Below are positions 1 to 11,790 of a DNA stretch of 64,000 nt, in pieces; position 1 is the stretch's first letter; each line of letters starts with the position of its first letter. The notes under the pieces were generated by a model that did no database searches, was not told where the DNA came from, and was given only the letters and a program-made list of their open reading frames with translations. Both the position numbers and the translations under genes were made by a program. This DNA comes from Octopus sinensis (lineage: Eukaryota), in contig NC_043008.1 in assembly GCF_006345805.1 (NCBI RefSeq), forward strand, positions 6,510,001 to 6,574,000. Reading direction: 5' to 3'.

Positions 1-186
1 GGACATTTCTGAAAAGGGTTGTAAAAGACAGTGTGAACTCAGTTTGCTTTCAGGTTTATTCTAGCCATAATCTAAATCCCAAAGAACTCAGTGAAGGATT
101 GTGGATGACAGAATTATTTGATGTGATTCTGTACACATTATCAGCAGACCACCAAGAAGAAAGATAAAGCTGATTATCTACAGATA

Positions 187-582
187 TCTTTATATATAAA
201 AGTCAAGTTGTGTGTCTATCTCCTATGATTTAGATTCCTAACTACTCCCACATTTTGCGGTGCAGTTTAACCAAAACCGGGTATCTTATAGTCGTGATTC
301 ATATCGAGCCCTTCTGGGTATTAGCACGCGTCTACGATGAGTCTACGATTTAAAAAATAATTTACCATCATTTTTTTCCATTTTAATGCAATTTTTCGCT
401 ATTATATAAGGGAAGTAACTCTCTAAAAATGTCTACGATGAGTCAACGATTTAAAAAATAATTTACCATCATTTTTTTCCATTTTTAATGCATTTTTTGC
501 TATTTTTTGGCTATAACTCTCTAAAAATGCTTATATAGTTATTTCCCTTACAAACCCGAGCAACGCCGGGCGATACTGCTAG
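187..582 (+). mobile_element. Non-autonomous Helitron, copy 1
   Basis: Starts TC (TCTTTATATATAAAAG) after A186 and ends CTAG (579-582) before T583. Subterminal hairpin CCCGAGCAACGCCGGG at 555-570, no TSD. Internal ~100-bp tandem duplication (330-430 / 431-529). Near-identical copies at 14994 and 27624. Confidence 0.85.
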
Positions 583-980
583 TTTAAAATAAATATAAAG
601 CTATAGGATGTAATAATTTAAACATTAGCATCCAACCATAAAAATGTAGCAGGAATATTTAGCAACCAGATCACTATGCTCAATGTTGCAATTCACTAGA
701 ATATTACCCACATGGAAAGAATCTGACCAAACAAGACTTTGTATAGAACTGACTCCAACAACAATTTCATCTTTTAGCATGCTTCTTTCTGAGCCTAACA
801 ATCCCTGTATATATTTCGTGCACCTTAGCTACTTAAGCAGAGAGATGATGAAGAAATGGCAGACAAATGGTGAACTCTATTGATGTTTTGTCATTCGTAG
901 TAATGACATTTTTGGGGTTTATGAAAAGAGTAAATATTTTATGAAAAATCTCAACAGATATCAGTGTTCTACTTCTTAAC

Positions 981-1094
981 AGAAACCGTACCAAAGCAGG
1001 CAGTCAAGGTGGGGTGCGATCCTCTGCCTTGCCAGCTCCTGTCAAACTGTCCAACCCATGCCAGAATGTAGAAGAGACGTTAAATGATGATGAC
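981..1094 (+). mobile_element. Family E SINE/LINE 3' module fragment
   Basis: GTCCAACCCATGCCAG...GACGTTAAATGATGATGAC matches the 3' end of the copy at 40231-40762. Confidence 0.65.
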
Positions 1095-1121
1095 AATAAT
1101 TATGAAAATAACTCAGAACAT

Positions 1122-1124
<3 letters not shown>

Positions 1125-1169
<45 letters not shown>

Positions 1170-1255
1170 CACACATATATAAATATATAGACACACACAA
1201 ACATGCTCATATACATATATATATATATACATACACAAACTTATATATATATATG
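1125..1255. repeat. (TA)n/(CA)n microsatellite
   Basis: Direct inspection. Confidence 0.95.
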
Positions 1256-4200
1256 TTGTATGCTTCATGTATGTTTTTGCTTGCATTTTATTTGTTTTAT
1301 TAAATTGTTTGCCTTTTCCCTGGAGTATGTGTACTGCTTACAGTTTATCAAATCACACAAAACCATAGAACATGCTTGAATAAATATGAATACATGAACG
1401 AACCTATACAAACAGAAGTGAAAATGCTCAACTTTCCTCGTGGATAAATAAGATCCCTTGAGACAAATAAATGTTAATCAAAACAAATAGAAGTGAATTG
1501 TCACCATAAAATTCAATGAAAATGTGACTTGGACAGTATAATTAAATTTGGACATATTTAAACAAATTGAAGAGGAGTTTTCTAATCAAGTTTTTGTACT
1601 TTTTGTTGTCATCAACATTGTAGTTCCTTTTTAGTGTTTATTTAGTTATTTTTTTAAAATTTCATATTAGTCTCTTGTTAGAAAGAAACAACCTAGCATG
1701 TACTTTAATAGTTCAAGCAGAATTTGCGTTTCTTTTATATTTCATTTCAGATCCACCAAATTAATAAAGAAAATATTTAATTCACAAAACGAAATTACTT
1801 TCCTTTGACTAAGCACAAGTTTAATTTTATTAAACAAGAAGGACATAGTTGATTGAATTAACCTTAAAATATTATTGATAAAGCAAAATATGAAGAATCC
1901 AGTACACCCTAAATCTCTTCATGTCATATTACATTTGGATTTTATTTTAACTATCATTATATTTTTAAAATGACAGCATCTGCGAGATAAACCACTATCA
2001 AAGAAGTCGACATTAGGAAAGTTACACAAATGTGTAACTATTAAGAAGAAATCTAATGAAAAGGATTTATGTTTCATCTAAGTAGGGCAAATTTAATTCT
2101 TTTTCTGTGTAGAATGTTTGAAATTTCTGAAATGGTTCTATTTATTGGGAAGGCACACAGTTATCAAAGAAAACTATGGCAGCAGAAAATGGCAGAAAGA
2201 ATGGAGAAGGAGGAAAGAAAATATTATTTAAATAAATTGAGGGAGTTTTTCAGCAGTTTCTTAATTTTTGGTTTTTGTAGTTATTTTCCTTTTCTTTACA
2301 GTATTTTAATTCAGTTTCAGCTCTATTTTCTAATTTGTCTTGTTTGTGTATATGTAGGGTACCTAAACAGGAAAATATTGAATTAAATTATTTCAAATCA
2401 GAGAAATAATCCAGGTTTGTAAGTCTTGCTTTTATATATTTAAATCTTTTGATGAGTTTTAAAGTTGTTCCCAAATTGCTGTAATTAAATACACTAATTT
2501 GTTTTTGTATTTTTTTGTTTATATTTTTTGTGTTTCTTCAGAATATGAACCGCAACATCAAACTAAATATGAAAAGCTTAACCTTTTGATTCCTTGAAAA
2601 CAGAAATATATTAAGAAGGCTAACATAAATTATTTCTCAAAGAAATGTATTCTCCAAGATCATTGCTTCTATGATGTATTTGCTATCTACCTTCAATTTT
2701 CAGCAATAAAAAATACCAACAAAACTACAAGAATTTTGGCACATTATATCTTTCTTTTTCATGATATTTATGCATGAGAAATCACAAGATTTTATCAACA
2801 ACTTTTTTTGTTCAAGTAGGTTTTGACCAACAGATTTAAGCAGTATAACATTTTCTTCTTTCCTTTCTTTCCTCATCCAAAGAAATTTGAATTCTTTTAC
2901 ATTTGAAATTAACATAGATTTTTCTCTAGATGTGAATCTCTTATTTGTGAAATCTCATTTTCTGAAGTTTCAATGAATAAGTTACAGTTCCATTTAATGA
3001 AAGCATCATCTTTGCCAATACAACATTATTACTTCGACTTATGCAAGAAACAATTGCAGATAATCTAATGCAAATTTACCTCATTTCAAAAGAAATGAAA
3101 AAAATATTGGAAATCTAAAAGTTTCTAAGTCAGAAGGAATGTGTAAATGTCAAGATGATGGATAGTTAGTGTATATTGTGTGCGAGAGAGAAAATATAAT
3201 TGCTTATAACTCTGGCAAAATACTCTCTAAATAATAAAGTTGGTTCTGAAAGATAAGAATGCAAACTAAGAGAAGGTATTACTGATGTTGATGAAGAGAC
3301 ACTAAATGGTTGTGGCTCCTTTTTTTTTCTTTTTTGCTGCTTTATTTGGTTTGGTTAAGGATTATTTATTCTCAGAGAATAAAAATTTAAAAACAAAAAT
3401 ATATCTGAAACTATTGATATTTTAATGTGACTTCTTCCTTTTACAGTTTTGTTCATGGTTGACTTGATATATATGTGAGCAGATGTAATAAAGACTCCTA
3501 TCTTTTATAAAATGCAAGTTCATGACCTACTAGAAAGAATCTTCACCACAAATAATTAAAACATTTTGTTACAAAAATATTAACTTTCTTCTCAAGTAAT
3601 TTATTTTGTCTTCTAAACTACAAGTTTTCACCAATCCTTTCTTCTGCCAAATTCCTTTTACTGGTCCCTTTTTTTTTACAGACATCGGATAACAGTGCTG
3701 ATTAACATCTAATACATAAATCTTAATAATCAGGTGACAACTTACAAAGGAAAGGGATACTCTCACTGTCCTCTGGCTAATTAATTTGAAAAAATAAATA
3801 ATTATCAAGATTAGAAGTGATTGACCTATTCACAGTGGTTTTAATTGATTAAGCTAATCAATTGTCACTACTAATTTGGAAAATGTTAAAAGTCAATGAA
3901 AGAATGAAATTACCAGCTAATAATAAAATGGAAATAGTTGGAAATAAGAATAAAATGGAAATAGTTGACTCAATGTGTATGAGAACTGTTAGATTCCAGT
4001 TGAAAGATAAGATACAAGGTTCTGCATGAATGACCATGGGTTTTTCCTTATTGTGAATGATGACTAAAGACTAAGCATAAAACATCAAAGATTGTTTGAA
4101 AACTGAAATCATTGTCTGGCCTGTGTATGTGTGATGACAGCAGAAGGAAGAGACTAAAGTCTCATTAGACTTTTACTAATTTCTTAAGTAATTCTTTGTA

Positions 4201-4357
4201 ATTCAGTATTAAGAATGGATGAAATAATTAGCTGTCATTCTGAGATATAAGAATAAAGATTCACAAAAAAGAATGTCAAACAGCTACGTATCAGAAGTAG
4301 TCGTCTTTTGGACTTATTGTATGATCTTCATTGTGCTCCATTTATGATGCTTATGTA

Positions 4358-4615
4358 AAGGCACGTGCCCTAGTGGTTAGGGTGATGCACTCATGGTTGT
4401 TAGATCATGGGTTCAATTCCCAGCCCAGGTGGCACATTGAGTTCTTGAACAAAACACTTCATTTCACATTGCTCCAGTCCCCACTTTTGATCGGAGGGAA
4501 TGTTGGCCTGCTCACCTAGCCAGCAGGATAGCATCATTTGAAGACTAAAACAATGCAAAAAGTGCATTGTGACCAGCGATGTGTAACAACATCTGATAGT
4601 CTGTTCAATCACATA
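4358..4615 (+). mobile_element. tRNA-derived SINE (family D head)
   Basis: GGCACGTG..TAGTGGTTAGG box A and GGTTCAATTCC box B, then TTCTTGAACAAAACACTTCATTTCACATTGCTCCAGTCC shared with 14500, 47256 and 59360. Confidence 0.75.
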
Positions 4616-5460
4616 ATCATGAGATCATACTTATAAACAGAAAAAATATATCATGTGGGAAAAAGGCCTACCTGGAAAGTAAATGTGCTACAGAATAGAT
4701 CATATAGGATACCTGTATTCATCCAGAAACAACAAACAGAGAACATTAACACCTGAATTCACTCATAGATGCTCAGCAGAGTAATTAAAACCTGAGTTTA
4801 TCAGATTCTATGCATTCAGCAGAGTATTCTGCATTTACTCACAACTATTCAGTAGAATAACTAGAACCAGATTCCAAAACACAAATGAAGATTGTGTGTT
4901 ATGTATACTCAGGTATAAAGATAGAAGAAAAAAACCAAAATCCAAAGTGATCTTAGCTTTTTAAAGTGCCTAACTGCTGAAAATAGATATCTATGGTCAA
5001 TATGTGATATCTGTGGTCGATACGAGATATCTAACATCCATACAACATCAGAAGATGTTCTGAAATAATGCTATACTTCACAGTTATCGTACCAAATTCG
5101 AATCCTTTCAAGATATAGACAAATTGTAAAAGTTTATAGTTATGTGTTTAAGAAGTATGTTTTGTGACGATGTGGTTGTGGATTCAATCACACAGTGTTG
5201 CACCTTTGGCAAGTAACTTCTTTAAAATAGCCTTGGAAACTGTGAAAGACTGATCTAGTGATGCTGTATCTAACTTTCTAACGTAAAATATTTCCTTGAA
5301 AAAGATCTGTTATTTCTATTTTAATGTATCACACACACACACAACTTTCTTTATATACTTACATATATGTGAGAATGTGTGTGTGCGTGTGTGTGTGTGT
5401 GTGTAAATATGTGTATACACATAGAGACAGATAGTTAGACGTATGCACATACACACACGC

Positions 5461-5700
5461 ATTCTTTTATTCTTTTACTTGTTTCAGTCATTTGACTGTG
5501 GCCATGCTGGGGCACCGTCTTGAAGGAGTTTTAGTCAAACAAACTGACCTCAGGATCTATTTTGTTAAGCACAGAACTTATTTTATCCTTCTCTTTTGCC
5601 AAACCAATAAGTTACAGGGACATAAACACACCAACATCGGCTGTCAAGCGGTGATGGGGAGGGGGGACAAACACAGACACAAAGACACTCACACATAGAT
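5461..5700 (-). mobile_element. Family B SINE, 3' half
   Basis: TTTTACTTGTTTCAGTCATTTGACTGTGGCCATGCTGG...GGGACAAACACAG, homologous to the full copy at 22536. Confidence 0.8.
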
Positions 5701-5826
5701 ATGTACCCAGTGGTTGTCTACACCTTATGCAGAGTTTGACCAACTCCTGTACCATCACCTTAGAATCATCATGACATCTTGGCATCTAATGTGACTTTAA
5801 ATCAGACAATGTTTTGAAAAAGCACC

Positions 5827-6012
5827 CATCATCATCATCATTGTTCGACCGTGGTCGAGACAATGGAATTTACTATGTTACGCCAGACTTCACGGTCCAT
5901 CATAGCATTACGGAGGTCCTGTTGCTGGATGCCTGTATCCCTGGAGATTACATCAGGGTAGGAGAGTGTGCACCCTCTGGTATTGCGAGCACCCACATAG
6001 ATGGCACATCCG
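5827..6012 (-). mobile_element. 5'-truncated RTE-type LINE 3' end
   Basis: Minus strand encodes ...TRGCTLSYPDVISRDTGIQQQDLRNAMMDREVWRNIVNSIVSTTVEQ* followed by a (GAT)n tail. A second copy lies at 62213. Confidence 0.75.
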
Positions 6013-6165
6013 ATTTGGGCCACCAAGAACTGCAGATCAGTTCTGATCTTTGTGGATCTTAAAATGTCTTTTGAGGCCTCCATTAGATTTGCAAACCTTC
6101 TGGCATACACTGCATTCAAAGGTGTGCACAGACATATAGGCAGAATAGTTGGTGGGGGTTCGTTT

Positions 6166-6427
6166 TCAATGGCTTCGCAAATGAGATTTGAGCCCAACAA
6201 AAGAAAGGCATGGTCTGTCACAAACTGTGTGCACAAAAAGATCATTGTCATTCACTTTCTCGATCATTACATTCTTCCTTAAATCTCTTTTGAGTCTTTC
6301 TTGTGTTATCCTGGTTTCTTCAGATACTTTCACTCCACTCCACACTTTGTTTTGTAATCCATCTCAATCTGAAGCAAACGTTTCTATATCTTCTGGATCC
6401 ATTCCAAGTGACTTCATAGTAGTCCTT

Positions 6428-6432
<5 letters not shown>
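6166..6432 (-). mobile_element. RTE (BovB-like) LINE ORF C-terminal relic
   Basis: Manual minus-strand translation: IRTTMKSLGMDPEDIETFASD*DGLQNKVWSGVKVSEETR...KRDLRK...VCDRPCLSFVGLKSHLRSH*. This resembles the RTE C-terminus with its C..C....GL.SH.R.H motif; one internal stop. Confidence 0.6.
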
Positions 6433-6481
<49 letters not shown>

Positions 6482-6602
6482 GTATAATGAAATGGGATAT
6501 GCAGGTGAATGATATTCCCCTAAATTTGTGCTGTTAATTCTTAAAACTCATTTTCACTTCTGATATATATGCTTATAAATATCTATGTCTGTATGAGTAT
6601 GC

Positions 6603-6641
<39 letters not shown>

Positions 6642-7137
6642 CATACATACATACATAAGCATGTGTGTGCGTGTATGTACTTGTTTGTGTTTTTGTATAC
6701 TTTGTCAGAAAAGAGACTCCACCAAAGAAGCATTAATAAGCTGAAGAACCAGCGAGTGAAGTGCTACTGCAAGTTATACAAATAAACCATGGAATACAAT
6801 CCAATTTGAGAATTTATTAATCCTTATAATGATACTTTGAGGCACATCTCTGCTTGTTCAAGAAAATCAAATTTGGGAATTTTCAGTTAAAATGAAAGCT
6901 GAAACTTCTTACAGATCTGTCAATTGCTCAGTTTGACATAATGACATTTTATTCAAAAATATTTCCTTTTTCATTTATTAAATTGGGGGGACTTAACGTA
7001 AACGAAACTTAAGAATGACTTGAAGCTCTATAAGTGAAGCAGAAAAATTACAGAATTTTACAATTTGCATAATTCAGTGATATAGATAAATCTCCTCGAT
7101 GAATACTCAACTAAAGAATTATAGAATTATAGATTAA

Positions 7138-7366
7138 CCCTTTTGATAGCAGCTTGCGAAAGACTGTCCCTCCCTCTATTTCTATGATAGAAATTGATTT
7201 GAAATTATCTAAATTCAAAACTTCCCATCAAAATTTCATGGGAAATTATGTTCCAAATACACAGTTAAGAATGACATTTATTTTATTAATACTTCAATAT
7301 TTTCAAAATTAATTGAGAAAAGGCAGAATATTTTGATAGAAATATGACATGGCAATAAAAGGATTA
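7138..7366. mobile_element. Degenerate piggyBac-like (TTAA) MITE
   Basis: TTAA|CCCTTTTGATA left end; decayed AAAAGG..TTAA right end. Confidence 0.35.
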
Positions 7367-7497
7367 TTAATATCCTATCTTATTTTATTCCTGGAAATGT
7401 TAATAAAAAGATGTCCTCATAACCTATTTATTAATGAAATCATATAGGAGAGATTTGAATCAATTTATTTCACTTTTAAAACGAAATTGTTTTTATA

Positions 7498-7675
7498 GTG
7501 GTAGCCATGGCTGAGTTTGTTTCTCATCCACATGACCTCAAGTTCAGTTCCACTGTGTGGCCCTTGGGCAAGTGTTTCTACTATAGCCTTGGACTGACCA
7601 AATCCTTGTGGGGTGGATTTGGTAGATGGAAACTGAAAGAAGCCTGTCGTATATATGTATTAATGCTGGTATGGG
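7498..7675 (+). mobile_element. Family B SINE, 5' half
   Basis: AGTTCAGTTCCACTG box B, CCTTGGGCAAGTG CORE-like motif, GGATTTGGTAGATGGAAACTGAAAGAAGCC. Confidence 0.75.
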
Positions 7676-7689
7676 TCAGACAGTTTGAC

Positions 7690-8150
7690 TGAAACTGGTC
7701 AGCTGCATGAAGTTCCAGTCTGGTTTGGCATGGTTATATATATTGGGTAAAGACTCCATTCGATCATGAATGACCACGGGACCGCACTTAGGAAAATTCC
7801 CCTCCAAGGCACAAATCCAGGTGAGGTTGTTTTGTCGTGTCGCCCGGTCCAAGAATTGAAACCACAATTTTATGATCATGAATTCCACACCTTAACTACT
7901 AAGCGGTGTACCTCTGTCTTGTAAACAATACTTGTAGAAGATATTTCAACCGTTTTAATTGCGTAGTCATGGAAGTTAATAAGCTGTCATCATATTTCTT
8001 CTGTATGATGCTGATTACTTTGATTTCCGAGTTGTCAGCACGATGACGGTGATGTCATCTCTCTACATTGAAATGTCTTGCATTTGTCCTAGTTCAAGTG
8101 GAATACTTCTTAATAAATTTAAGTTACACATCAATAGTTTAAGAGTCCAA
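7690..8150 (-). mobile_element. Decayed L1/Tx1-type LINE reverse-transcriptase fragment
   Basis: 8059-8036 (minus) encodes DDITVIVL, resembling the RT YADDITVIV motif, with LRSIPLELG upstream. Frame is broken by stops. Confidence 0.4.
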
Positions 8151-8185
8151 ACATTGAGATCAAGCGAGAGAATGAGTGAGCAAGT

Positions 8186-8187
<2 letters not shown>

Positions 8188-8254
<67 letters not shown>
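8188..8254. repeat. (GA)n microsatellite
   Basis: Direct inspection. Confidence 0.95.
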
Positions 8255-8257
<3 letters not shown>

Positions 8258-8807
8258 CATCTCTGATTGTGTATATGATTTAAAATGGTTCAAATAGAGG
8301 CCATTTGATCAGATGATGGAGCAGATACCACTCTGAATGGAAATGTTCCTGCAACTGTAAATGAGAAGAAAACCAAGTGAACTAAAGGACTGTTTTCCTA
8401 TCAAATGGCACCAGTGATGTTGTAACTGCTATCAATGTGGTTGAATGAGCAATATTTCAATCAAACGTTCCAGAGAAAAGCCCACGGGATTCAAACTTCC
8501 TTGAAAACCAAGAAATTACAATAAAGAAGGAAGACAAACAATAAGAAACAAAAAAAGAGTAAAAGAAAAGCCAAAAAAAAGTTATCACAATTTCACTGTT
8601 TTTGCATTTCTTTTTCAGATTGGCGAAAACATTTTAATCCATAATCTTCAAAGATTAATTCCCAAGCAATTGATGGAATGGAACTTTTCCTAAATGAATT
8701 CCTGGATTAAAGTATAATTTATACAACTACTACTACTACTACTAAACGTATGGTTAGTTTTGTTTATACTAATAAAAAAAAATACTAATAAATATTTTTC
8801 TATATGA

Positions 8808-8815
8808 ATTATGAC

Positions 8816-8865
<50 letters not shown>
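8808..8865. repeat. (ATT)n microsatellite
   Basis: Direct inspection. Confidence 0.95.
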
Positions 8866-8869
<4 letters not shown>

Positions 8870-9250
8870 TTTTAATGGCGATCATTGTTGAAATGACATT
8901 AAATGTTGTTATTAATATATATTTTTTAAATAATTTTATTGTTGTTATTATTAGTCAAGTGTCATAGAGTAAAAATTTCATTGAATATGTTTTTAATCCT
9001 CATTTGAAAATATTTCATTTCAGTTTTAATGGTAATGTTGTTGTTGGATATATAGTTATCTTATTTCTCTTTTACTCATTTTAGTCACAAATCCAAGTCC
9101 AAAGAACAAAACTGTAAAAGTCTAAATAGGGAGAAGAAACAGTGATGAAGAAGAAGAAGGAGAAGAAGAGGTGACCAATGACAAGGAGTATTGCCATAAT
9201 AATACCCCCAAATATTGAACTTACTGACCGTCTTTCCACTTACTTCCTGC

Positions 9251-9251
<1 letters not shown>

Positions 9252-9312
<61 letters not shown>
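9252..9312. repeat. (CTAT)n microsatellite
   Basis: Direct inspection. Confidence 0.95.
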
Positions 9313-9858
9313 GTTTTCCCCTTTTACATTGACATTTCTGTGATAAATGATCCCTATTGATCGGCCCAACTTTTTTTTCATGATCCCTTTTGATCAGAAT
9401 TCCCCGCCCCCACTTTCTTTCCCTTCTTCTCAAAAAGAAAAGCTCTACTTTGTATTTTGTCCCTTCTGCATTCAGCCCTGTGTGGCCAATAAAGAAATCT
9501 ATCTATCCATCTATTCGTCCGTCCGTCTGTCTGTCTGTCTATCTGTCTATCTATCTATCATTCTCTCTATCTACCTGTCTGTCTTCCATCCTCCTTACAA
9601 CCACAGTTAGAAGAATTGTCATGGAAGTGCCATTCTTACAGAAATATTGCTACACCTTTCTTGTGATCCTTATCATAAATTATAAACATTGAAATTCAAA
9701 ACCTTCAGGTCTGTATGTATCTCCAGACTTTTGGGTACATATTTCCAAGGTTATGAATGAGAAATAATGGCATTGCATAGACTAACTTCTGAGTTAGTAA
9801 TGGATATACTAACTGTGTCAAATTGTGCATTAGTGTACCAACACCGAGTACCTTAGAT

Positions 9859-10191
9859 CAGTGGTTGTTAACTGAGGTCCGTATAAGACTTTGTTGTTAA
9901 AATATATGTGCAACAAATTAGGGTTAGCGTTATATTTCTCTGGTATTCAACATTTTTTAAATATAATTCCTAGTATTTTCTAATAGAAATATAATAGGAT
10001 TTTTTTAATATACAATGAGTGGCTATGGAGGTCCGCTTCCTCTCTCTTAGGATGCACAAATACTTTCACACACATGTACCTGGGACGGGTACTTCAGCCT
10101 ACTAAATTTAGTCACAATGTTTTGGTCAGCCCAGTAGTGTAAAATAAAACTCAAGAGAGTCCATAGGCACAAAAATGTTTGAGAAACACTG
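9859..10191. mobile_element. hAT (Charlie-type) MITE
   Basis: Imperfect TIRs CAGTGGTTGTTAAC ... TTTGAGAAACACTG. Flanking 8-mers CCTTAGAT (9851-9858) and TTTTAGAT (10192-10199) fit a decayed 8-bp NTCTAGAN-type TSD. Confidence 0.65.
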
Positions 10192-11337
10192 TTTTAGATG
10201 CTGGTGAAATTCATCTTTTCTTCTCTTCTCATCTCTTTCCTTCTCTACTGCCAGTAAACAACTCTGTGACATGTTCAACTTGAGAACTATTGAGTGTGAT
10301 AATTTCCTTGATAGGTGAGAAATTATTGCACTTGAATCCTTTTATTTTTTCTACCCAGTTTTTACATGTTCGTCTGACTTTGTAGTGGACATTTTTTGCT
10401 TGTCAAAGATTGTAGATATTGGGTTTATGTCACCAATATATCTGATACTTAGCATTGAGAGGGCATAAGTGAGAGGGTAGATGTTTATCTGACTGACTCC
10501 ATTTATGACGAATTCCAGGAAGATGTTGGGCACTGGTGTAGAAAGCACAGAATCTTGTCTAAGATATCTTTCTTCATTAATTTTACTGTGTTTTTCTACG
10601 CTAGGATATGTGTGTGTGCACATATGCGTGTGCTCACGTGTGTGTGTGTATGCATGCATGCACATAAATGTGTATATGTGTGGTGTGTGTAATTTATAAA
10701 AATGCAACAAATATTCATACATTATAGAATAATGCATTGTTTTCTATAAAGCAGTTTACAACCATCTGGTACTTAGTTAAGAGTAGACATTCCAAGCAAT
10801 TGAACAACATTTAATAGTCCTGACTAGTATTGTATTACCGTATTAGTAACATCATACATAATATTTACTGTTACAGCTTGTCAGTTAGTAATCTGACATC
10901 TAAATAACGAGGGAAGGAAGTAAAAGTGATTTAAGGAGAAGAGCAAGCAGTTCAAGAAATGATGCAATCTTATTGAGAATTGATTTGGGAGTGAAAATAA
11001 CGATTGGTTGCTGTTGTTTCCCTTCAAGTTTGACTATGAATGAGCAGACCTCTCATCAAAGATGCTCCAGCTAGGACGCGTTAGTTTTTATATTGTATTT
11101 AAGATTATATTTTTTTAATAGTTATTTCTTTCTCTTTCTTTTTTTTTTAAGATGATAGAATATAATTTGTGTGTCTGATTCAGGCAGATTCAACATCAAC
11201 GTAAAATATATCGTCTTTGGGTTGCTAGAAGTAAAACTGAGATTTGAACTGCAAAAATATTTATTCGATTGTAAGTTACTGTTGAAAGAGAGACAGGAAG
11301 AAGTGACATAACAACAATGTGAATACTGCAATAATGC

Positions 11338-11488
11338 TTGAGTATCATATCAAATACTGATTCAATATTTGAGTATCATATCAAATACTGATTCAATATT
11401 TGAGTATCATATCAAATACTGATTCAATATTTGAGTATCATATCAAATACTGATTCAATATTTGAGTATCATATCAAATACTGATTCA
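11338..11488. repeat. 31-bp perfect minisatellite, ~4.9 copies
   Basis: Unit TTGAGTATCATATCAAATACTGATTCAATAT repeated without spacers. Confidence 0.95.
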
Positions 11489-11519
11489 GTAAAATGTCAT
11501 TATTTATCACTAATTCCAA

Positions 11520-11790
11520 GGTAGTGAGCTGGCAGAAATGTTAGCACACCAGGCGAAATGATTAGCAGTATTTCGTTACATAACTGGCACCCATGCCAGT
11601 GGCACATAAAAGCACCTGTTACACTCTTGGAATGGTTGGTGTTAAGAAGGGCATCCAGCCATAGAAACCAAACCAAATCAGACTGGAGTCTGGTGTAGCT
11701 TTACTGCTTATTAGTTTCTGTCAAACCATCTAACCCATGCCAGCATGGAAAGCAGATGCTAAATGATGATGATTATGAGGATGATATGTG
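11520..11790 (+). mobile_element. Family A SINE head joined to a family E 3' module
   Basis: GGTAGTGAGCTGGCAGAAATGTTAGCAC head, then AAGAAGGGCATCCAGC...CCCATGCCAGCATGGAAAG...GATGATGAT. Confidence 0.7.

Noticed and set aside
640-960. Possible Penelope-like RT fragment (NGELY, NDIFG); similar hint at 62650-62810
   Set aside because: Motif spacing is inconsistent and similarity too weak to support without a profile search.
4358-4440. tRNA genes at box A/box B motifs throughout the window
   Set aside because: Each is a SINE head continuing into a shared SINE body; no complete cloverleaf is evident.
11338-11488. CRISPR-like array (31-bp partly palindromic repeat)
   Set aside because: Repeats are contiguous with no spacers, there are no cas genes, and the context is eukaryotic.
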